Origin: Chiloscyllium plagiosum
Lineage: Eukaryota
DNA length: 33,465 nt
Assembly: GCF_004010195.1 (NCBI RefSeq)
Contig: NW_025214643.1
Span: 4,615-38,079, forward strand
Direction of reading: 5' to 3'
Below the pieces are notes generated by a model. The model worked only from the letters and a program-made list of their open reading frames with translations, ran no database searches and was not told where the DNA came from. The stretch's first letter is position 1. Every line of letters begins with the position of its first letter. This document shows positions 26,271 through 33,465 of the stretch, in pieces. A program made the translations under genes and the position numbers.

Positions 26271-27554
26271 TAAGTGTGAGGGTGTCAGGCTGATAGTGAC
26301 GCAGTAAGTCTAAGGGGACAGGGTGATAATTATGCAGCAGTTGTGGGGGTTCAGGTAAAAAGTGACATAGTTAGTGTTAGGGTTTCAGGCTAATAATGAC
26401 TCAATAAAGCTGAGGGCTTGGCTGAAAATGATGCAGTAAACGTGTGGGTTGTGATGGTGTAGTGATGCAGTAAGTGTGATGGTGTCAAGATGATAGTGGC
26501 GCAGTAAGTGTAAGGCATCAGGGTGATAGTGACGAAGTAATTGTGAGGTAGTCAGGGTGATCGTGACTCAGTGAATCTGAGGGGTCAGGCTGATAGTGGC
26601 ACTGAAAGTGTTGGAGTGCCATGGTGACAGTGAAACAGTAAGTGTGAGGGAGCCTTGCCTATAGTGACGCAGTAAGTGTGAGGGGGTCAGGATGCTAGTG
26701 ACGCACTAAGTGGAAGGGGGTCATGGTGGTAGTGACCAGTAATTGTGAAGTGTTCAGATTGATCGTGATGAAGTAAGTGTGATGTCTTCGGCTGATGGTG
26801 AAGCAGTATGAGTGAGGGAGTCATGGTGGCAGTGACTCAGTAAGCGTGAGTGGGTCAGGGTGATAGTGACGCAATAAGTGTGAGGTGTACAGGCTCATAG
26901 TGACGCAGTAATTGTGATGGGGCGGCTGATAGTGACTCAGTAAGTGTGATGGGTCAGCGTGATAGTGATACAGTGAGTGTGAGGTGGACAAGCTGATACA
27001 GGTGCAGTCGGTGTGAGGGGTCAGAGAGATAGTGACACAGTGTGTGCGAGGTGTTCAAAGTGATAGTGACGCAATAAGTGTGAGGTGGTCAGTCTACTAG
27101 TCATGCAGTAAGTGTGAGGGTGTCAGGCTGATAGTGATGCAGTAGGTGTGATGGCGTAAGTGTGATAGTGTCGCAATAAGTCTCAGTGGGTCTGGGTGAA
27201 AGTGAGGCAGCAAGAGCGAGGCGTTCAGGTTGATATTGTTGGAGGAAGTGTGATGTGTCAGGCTGATAGTGACGGAGTATGTATGACGGGGTCAGACTGA
27301 CACTGACGCAGTAGTTGTTAGCTTTAGATTAGATTGCTTACAGTGTGGAAACACCCCTTCGGCCGAACAAGTCCACACCGGCCCGCCGAAGCGCAACCCA
27401 CCCATACCCCTACATTTACCTCTTACCTAACACTACGGGCAATTTAGCGTGGCCAATTTAGCTGACCTGCACATCTTTGGACTGTGGGAGGAAACCGGAG
27501 CACCCGGAGGAAACCCACGCTGACACGGGGAGAAAGTGCAAACTCCACACAGTC
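26271..27554. repeat. Near-identical segmental copy of 24356-25840 (carries one 200 bp unit instead of two)
   Basis: Colinear match including GTCTAAGGGGACAGG, GGAGCCTTGCCTATAG, GTCTACTAGTCATG, TTGTTGGAGGAAG and the SINE. It differs by scattered substitutions and 1 bp indels. Confidence 0.9.
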
Positions 27555-27630
27555 GCCTGAGGCGGGAAATGAACCAGGGTCTCTGGCGCTGTGAGGCAGC
27601 AGTGCTAACCACTGTGCCACCGCGCTGCCC
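27323..27630 (-). mobile_element. Full-length (~308 bp) tRNA-derived HE1/V-SINE-like SINE inserted in the satellite
   Basis: Minus strand: head GGGCAGCGCGGTGGCACAGTGGTTAGCACTGCTGCCTCACAGCGCCAGAGACCCTGGTTCATTTCCCGCC; V-domain TGTGTGGAGTTTGCACTTTCTCCCCGTGTCAGCGTGGGTTTCCTCCGGGTGCTCCGGTTTCCTCCCACAGTCCAAAGATGTGCAGGT; CR1-like tail ending AATCTAATCTAAA. Family name from recall, not a database search. Confidence 0.93.
27565..27619 (-). promoter_or_regulatory. Internal RNA polymerase III type-2 promoter of the SINE (A box 27609-27619, B box 27565-27575)
   Basis: A box TGGCACAGTGG. B box GGTTCATTTCC deviates from the GGTTCRANNCC consensus at the conserved A, so activity is uncertain. Confidence 0.7.
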
Positions 27631-29005
27631 ACAATGTTCATGTTAAGTGTGATGCAGTTAGTGTGAGTGTGTCAGGATGATAGTGACACAGTAAGTCTAA
27701 GGGGTTTGGCTGAAAGTTTTGCAGTGAGCGTGTGGGTGTGATGGTCATAGTGACGCAGTAAGTGTGAGGGTGTTTGGCTGATAGTGACGCAGTAAGTCTA
27801 AGGGGACAGGGTGATAATGGCGCAGTAGTTTTGAGGGTTCAGGTTAAGAGTGACGCAGTAAATGTGATGGTGTCAGGCTGATTGTGACGCCGTAAGTGTG
27901 AGGCGTCAGGGTGATAGTGACACAGAAATTGTGAGGTGGTCAAGGGCGATAGAAACCAGTAAGTGCGAGGCATTCCAATTGATCGTGATGCAGTAAGTGT
28001 GATGTGTCAGGCTGATGGTGATGCAATATGAGTGAGTGGGTCAGAGCGGCAGTGACTCAGTAAGTGTGAGTGTATCCAGCCGATAGTGGCGCAGTAAGTA
28101 TGACAGGGTCAGAATGATAGTGACGCAGTATCTGTAAGGTGTCAGGATGATAATGGCAAGTAAGTGTGAGTGGGTAAGGCTGACAGTAATGTAGTAAGTG
28201 TGAGGGGTACGGATGTTAGTGACACAGTAATTGTGAGGGAATCAGGGTGGTGGTGGTGCGGTAAGTGTAAGGTGATCAGGCTTATAGTGATTCTGTAAGA
28301 GTGAGGGGTCAGTCTAACAGTGACACAGTAAGCGTGAGGGGGTCCAGCTGAAGTGACGCAATATATGTGAGGGTTCTGGGTGATAGTGACGCAATAAGTG
28401 TGACGGGGCCAGGGTGGTAGTCACGCAGTATCTGTGAGGGGTCAGGGCGATAGTGACGCAGGAAGAGTGAAGAGCTCAACTTTATCATGATGCAGTAAAT
28501 GTGAGGGAGTGACTTTGGTAGTGACGCAGTAAGTGTGAGGTGGTCAGTCTGATAGTGATGCAGAAAATGTGAGGGGTCAGTGTGATAGAGACGTGATATG
28601 TGTGAGGGGGTCAGGCTGATTGTGATGCAGTAATTGTGAGATGGTCAGTCTGATTGTGACGCAGTAAGTGTGAAGGGCAAAGGTGAAAATGACGCAGTAA
28701 GTGTGAGGTAGACCGGCTTCTCGTGGCCCAGTATGTGTGAGGGTGTCAGATTGATTGTGACGCACTAAGTGTGAGCTGTCAGGTTGATAGTAACTCAGTA
28801 TGTGTGTGAGGCTAATTCTGATAATGACGCAGTAAGTGTGAGGCGTTAGACTGATAGTGATGCAGTAAATGTAAGGATTACAGGGTGGTAGAGACGCAGT
28901 AAATTTGAGTGATTCTGGATGCAGTGAGGATGCAGTGGATAGTGACGCAGTGAGGTGAGCTAGTCAGGATAATAGTGACGCAGTAAGTGTGAGTGGTAAG
29001 TGTGA

Positions 29006-31390
29006 TGCGTAGGCTGTGAGTGTGAGGGGGACATCGTGACGGGGTGGGGAAGAGTGTAAGTGAGTTTGGGTAACGGTGCCACAGTTAGTGTGAGGAGATC
29101 AGGGGTTGGTGAAGGAGTGTAAGTGTGGGGGTCAGGATGACATTGGTGGAGTCAGTGTAGGGGAAGTTAGGATATTGGTGTCAGAGTGAATATATGGTGC
29201 CAGGATTGTTGTGGCGGACTGAGTGTCAGGGAGTTAGGTGACGTTGACAAAGTGAGTCTGTGGGATTCAGGTGATTTGGTGAATGTGAGGGCTCAGATTG
29301 ACTGTAACAGAGTGATTGTCAGAGTGTCAGTGTGACAGTGACAGAGTGTCTGCGAAGGTGGGAGGGTGACAATGATGGAGTGAGCGTGAGGGTGTCAGCG
29401 TGACGATGATGGAGTGCGTTTGCGTTGTCAGGGAGTAGGTGATGGAATGAGTGTAACGGGGTCAGAATGATAGTGACTGTGTGTGAGGGGATCAGGGTGA
29501 CATTGACGGACTTAGTGTGAGGGAGTTAGGGTGATGGTGATGGAGTCAGTGTGTGGGGTCGGGGTGACGATGGTAGAATGAGTATGAGGGGGTGAAGGTG
29601 CTGGTGATGCAGTGAGAGTGAGGTGTTTATCGTGACGGGTGACAGTGAGTGTGAGGGGGCCACAGTGTTGGTAATGGTCTGTGTGTGAGCATGTATGGGT
29701 GACATTGACAAAGTGAGTCTGAGGCGGTCAGGGTGATGGAGTGTGTATGAGGTTTTCAGGGTGACGGTGACGCAGTGAGTGCGAGGTTTTCTGGGTGAGT
29801 GATGGAGTGAGTGTAGAGAGGGTTAGCGGGAGAGTGATGGAGTCAGTGTGATCGGGTCAAGGTGACAGTGACGGAGTGAGTGTGAGTGGTCAGGGTGAGG
29901 GAGATGGAGTGAGTGTGAACAAGTCAGAGTGACGTTGACATAGTGAGAGTGAGGCGCTCAGTGTAATGATTTACTAGTGAGCGTGATGGAAATGGAGTTA
30001 GTGCAAGGGCTTCAGGGACACTGTAGATTAAGCATGAGTTTGTCAGTGTGATGGTGACGGACGGAGTGTGAGGGGGTCAGGTGAATGGTGACATAGTGAG
30101 TGTGACGTGGTTTGGAGAATTTTGTCAGTATGACGTTCTGAGGGTGACAGTAATCGAATGAGTTTGAGGGATTAGGGTGAAAGTGACGAAGTGAGTGTGA
30201 GGTTGTCAGGGGAACTTTGGCGAAGTGAGAGTGAGAGATCAGGGTGATGAAGTGAGTGTGATGGGGTCAGGGTGATGGTGAGGGTCTGAGCTAAATTGGT
30301 TACTGTGGCGCCATGATTGTGAGGGGGTCAAGTTGACAGAGACAGAGCATGTGTGAATGGGTCAGGATGATGCAGTCTGTGAGGTTGTCAGACTGATGGT
30401 GACAGCGTGACTGTGATTTTGCCAGAATAGCTATGATGGAGTTCGTTTGAGGGGTTGAGGGAATAGGTCGCTGAGCGAGTGTGATGGAGAAAGTGTGATG
30501 GTGATGGATTGGGTGTTAGGGGTCAGGGTGACAGTCACACAATGAGTGTGAGGGACTATGGTGACGGTGGCGGATTGAGTGTGACGTGTCAGGGTAATTG
30601 TGATGGAGTGAATGTCAGGGGGAATTTCTGGTTTGTGACAGAGTGAGTGTGATGGAGTCAGGGTGATGGTGATGGAGTGACTGTGAGAGTTTCAGGGTGA
30701 CTGTGATGGGGTGAGTGTGATAAGACCGCCTGAGAGTGACAGAGTGAGTGTGAGGTGTCAGGGTGACCGAGACGGAATGATTCTGAGGCATCAGACTGGT
30801 GGTAACGGAGTGAGTGTGAGGGGTCAGGGCGGTGGTGGTAGTTGTGTGTGTGTGAGGAGGGTCAACATTACAGTGACAAATTGAGTGTGATGAGGTCAGG
30901 GTGACAGGGATGGAGTGACTGTGAGGGGTCAGGATGACCGTAACGGAGTGAGTGTAATGGTATCAGTATGACAGTGATGGAATGGACGTGTGGGGTCAGA
31001 TTGACAGTGACGGAGAGCGTGTGAGGCACTTAGGGTGATGGTGCATATGTGATGTGAGGTGTTCAGGGTGGCGGTCACAGAATGAGTGTGAAGGTAACAG
31101 GGTGACAGTGACGGAGTGAGTGTAAGGTGTCAGTGTGGCAGTGACCGAGTTAGTCTGAGGCATCAGACTGATGGTGACGGAGTGAGGGTGAAGGGTCAGG
31201 GTGGCGGTGGTGGTGTGAGTGTGAGGAGCGTCAGCATTACAGTGAAGAAGTGAGTGTGAGGAGATCAGGGTGACAGGGACGGAGTGACTGTGAGGGCTCA
31301 CGGTGACGATGATGGAGTGAGTGTAAGGGTATCAGGGTGACTGCGACAGAGTGAGTATGATGGAGTCAGGGAGATGGTGATGGAGTATAA
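29006..31390. repeat. Satellite, right flank, type B monomers GTCAGGGTGA[CG/CA/TG]GTGA[C/T]GGAGTGAGTGTGAGGG[G]
   Basis: e.g. GTCAAGGTGACAGTGACGGAGTGAGTGTGAGTG (~29856) and GTCAGGGTGATGGTGATGGAGTGACTGTGAGA (~30657). Same periodicity and orientation as type A, with more indels. Confidence 0.92.
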
Positions 31391-32768
31391 TCGATAGTCA
31401 TAGGTGAGGTGCCAGAAGGCTGGAGGATGGCAAACGTGGTGCCACTGTTTAAGAAAGGCGGTAAAGACAATCCAGGGAACTATAGAACCGTGAGCCTGAC
31501 CTGAGTGGTGGGCAAGTTGTTGGAGGGAATCCTGAGGGACAGGATGTACATGAATTTGGAAATGCAAGGACTGACTCGGGATAGTCAGCGTGGCTTTGTG
31601 CGTGGGAAATCATGTCTCACAAACTTGATTGAGTTTTTTGAAGATGCAACAAAGAAGATTGATGAGGGCAGAGCAGTAGATGAGACCTATATGGACTTCA
31701 GTAAGGCGTTCAAAAAGATTCGCCATGGGAGACTGATGAGCAGGTTAGATATCATGGAATAAAGTGAGAACAAGCCTTTTGGATACAGAACTGGCTCAAA
31801 GCTGGAAGAAAGAGGGTGGTGGTGGAGGATTGTTTTTCAGACTGGAGGCCTGTGACCAGTGGAGTGCCACAAGAATCAGTGCTGGGTCGTCTACTTTTTG
31901 TCACTGACATAAATGATTTGGAAGTCAGCATAAGAGGTAAAGTTAGTACGTTTGCAGATGACACCAAAATTGGAGGTGTAGTGGATAGCGAAGAGGGTTA
32001 CCTCAGATTACAACAGGATCTGGACCAGATGGGCCAATGGGTTGAGAAGTGGCAGATGGAATTTAATTCAGATAAATGCAAGGTGCTGCATTCTGGGAAA
32101 GCAAATCTTAGCAGGACTTGTACACTCAATGGTACGGTCCTAGGGAGTGTTGCTGAACAAAGAGACCTTGGAGTGCAGGTTCATAGCTCCTACAAAGTGG
32201 AATCGCAGGTAGGTAGGACAGTGATGAAGGCGTTTGATATGTTTTCTTTTATTGTCAGAGAATTGAGTACAAGAGTTGGGAGGTCATGTTGCGGCTGTAC
32301 AGGACATTGGTTAAGCCACTGTTGGAATATTGTATGCAATTCTAGTTTCCTTCCTATCGTAAAGATGTTGTGAAACTTGATCGGGTACAGAAACGATTTC
32401 CAAAGATGTTGCCAGGGTTGGAGGCTTTGGGCTATATGGAGAGGCTGAACAGGCTGGGGCGGTTTTCCCTGGAGCGTCGAAGGCTGAGGAGTGACCTTAT
32501 AGAGGTTTACAGAATTATGAGGGTCATGGATAGGGTAAATATCCATGGGAGCCCAGAATTCGAGGGCATATGTTCAGGGTGAGGGGGGAAAATACAAAAG
32601 AGACCTAAGGGACAACGTTTTCACACAGAGGATGTACTGGTATGGAATGAGCTGTCAGAGGAAGTGGTGGAGGCTGGTACAATTGCAACATTTAAGAGGC
32701 ATTTGGATGTGTGTATGAATAGGAAGGGTTTGGAGGTATATGGGCCAGGGGCTGGCAGGTGGGACTAG
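31391..32768 (+). pseudogene. Disabled LINE ORF2 reverse transcriptase (C-terminal half)
   Basis: Split across ORF-track pieces 31505-31762, 31816-32373 and 32370-32582 by an in-frame TGA (~31502) and frameshifts. The final frame FKRHLDVCMNRKGLEVYGPGAGRWD* ends at TAG 32766-32768. No endonuclease or ORF1. Confidence 0.9.
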
Positions 32769-32850
32769 ATTGAGTTGGGATATCTGGTCGGCATGGACAG
32801 GTTGGAACGAAGTGTCTGTTTCCATGCTATACACCTCTATGACTCTGTGA
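31391..32850 (+). mobile_element. 5'-truncated CR1-clade (HER1-like) LINE with intact 3' UTR and terminal CTCTATGA-type repeat, inserted in type B satellite
   Basis: RT motifs GEVPEGWRMANVVPLFKKG, PGNYRTVSLT, GFVRGKSCLTNLIEFFE, YMDFSKAF, SGVPQESVLG and FADD (31951-31962). Short 3' UTR ends CCTCTATGACTCTGTGA. Satellite resumes at ~32851. Confidence 0.95.
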
Positions 32851-33465
32851 CAGCCTGAAAGTGACAGAGTGAATGTGAGGTGTCAGTGTGTTACTGACAG
32901 ACGGAGTCTGAGGCATTAGACTGAAAGTGACGGAGTGAGTGTGAGGAGTGTCAGCGTGGTGGTGGTGTGAGTGTGAGGAGTGTCACCATTACAGTGAAGG
33001 AGTGAATATGATGAGGCCAGGGTGACAGTGACTAAGAGGGGTCAGGGCAACGATGACGGAATGAGTGTGATGGTATCAGGGTGACAGAGCGGGGGCAGGT
33101 TGAAAGTGATAGAGTGAGTGTAAAGGACTCAGGGTGATGGTGAATGAGTGAGTGTGAGGTGGTCAGGGTGGCTGTGACGGAATGAGTGTGAGGGCGACAG
33201 GGTGATAGTGACGGAGTGAGTATGAGTGGGTCAGGGTGACAGTGATGGAGTGAGTGTGAGGGTGTCAGTGTGATGGTTTTGGAGTTATTATGGGGAGTCA
33301 GGGTAACAGAGACCGACTGAGTGTGAATGGGTCAGGGTGATTCAATGGGTGTGAGTGAGCGTGTCACGTTGAAGTTGATAGAGTGAATGTGAATTGGCCA
33401 GCGTCATACTGACAGAGTGAATTTGAGGTGTCAAGTTGTAGGCAACGGAGTGAGTGTGACGTGGC
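32851..33465. repeat. Type B satellite continues to the window end
   Basis: GTGACGGAGTGAGTGTGAGG units. Landmarks TCTGAGGCAT.AGACTG and CATTACAGTGA are shared with ~30780-30880 and ~31150-31245. Confidence 0.92.

Larger units (their letters stand above)
1986..29005. repeat. Large tandem satellite/minisatellite, type A, 33-34 bp monomer GTCAGG[G/C]TGATAGTGACGCAGTAAGTGTGAGGG[G]; roughly 790 monomers by length division after removing SINEs
   Basis: Head-to-tail repetition in one orientation throughout, e.g. CGCAGTAAGTGTGAGAGGGTCAGGCTGATAGTGA (34 bp, 2611-2644) followed by a 33 bp unit. Length variation lies mostly in the G-run. Monomers are individually diverged. Confidence 0.97.

Noticed and set aside
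27444..27641. 65 aa ORF (AVAQWLALLPHSARDPGS) and a possible tRNA gene
   Set aside because: The ORF is the translation of the SINE. The tRNA-like part continues into the SINE body and tail rather than forming a standalone tRNA gene.
1986..29005. CRISPR-like array (~34 bp periodicity)
   Set aside because: Monomers abut with no unique spacers, are not palindromic or invariant, there are no cas genes, and the context is vertebrate.
1986..29005. V(D)J recombination signals (CACAGTG occurs repeatedly, e.g. ~3413, ~6046)
   Set aside because: These arise from CpG decay of GACGCAGT plus one substitution. I saw no ACAAAAACC nonamer at 12/23 spacing and no V, D or J segments.
1986..29005. Immunoglobulin switch-region-like G-rich repeat
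   Set aside because: Only superficial similarity (GTGTG.GGG..CAGGCTG). AGCT hotspots are not part of the consensus and there are no Ig exons in the window.
1763..31301. Dozens of His/Thr/Leu-rich minus-strand ORFs (HLLRHYHPD, TYCVTITLTP) resembling a repetitive or C2H2 zinc-finger protein
   Set aside because: They are readings of the reverse-complemented monomer. Mixed 33/34 bp units shift frame constantly and all frames are used. There is no CxxC/HxxxH 28-aa period and no evidence of frame preservation.
1986..31390. True or interstitial telomere
   Set aside because: TTAGGG occurs only as isolated variants of TCAGGG, never as tandem runs.
31391..32850. Active reverse transcriptase or a novel RT-plus-array system (retron-, DGR- or telomerase-like) generating the repeats
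   Set aside because: It is an ordinary 5'-truncated CR1-type copy with stops and frameshifts that interrupts pre-existing satellite. It has no sequence similarity to the monomer and no template region. The minus-strand ORFs over it are antisense artefacts.

Overview
Eukaryotic, gene-free, repeat-only DNA, most likely from a cartilaginous fish. This is inferred from tRNA-derived HE1/V-SINE-like SINEs and HER1/CR1-like LINEs. About 30 kb of the window is one diverged tandem satellite of 33-34 bp monomers, G/T-rich on the + strand. It is layered. A central ~27 kb 'type A' array (consensus GTCAGG[G/C]TGATAGTGACGCAGTAAGTGTGAGGG[G], ~1986-29005) is flanked on both sides by a more degenerate 'type B' variant (GTCAGGGTGA[CG/CA/TG]GTGA[C/T]GGAGTGAGTGTGAGGG[G]). 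The array carries nested higher-order duplications from 0.2 to 4.2 kb and a complex near-identical rearranged block at 24.4-27.6 kb that may be partly an assembly artefact. Left of the array is an old minus-strand CR1-clade LINE ORF2 remnant interrupted by an old SINE. Inside the array are two copies of one SINE insertion and a 5'-truncated, disabled CR1/HER1-like LINE. I found no functional protein-coding gene, CRISPR array or RNA gene. The many His/Thr-rich minus-strand ORFs are translations of the satellite. I cannot support a new enzymatic system here; the most interesting object is the satellite's architecture and history. All comparisons were done by eye, so array boundaries are approximate.
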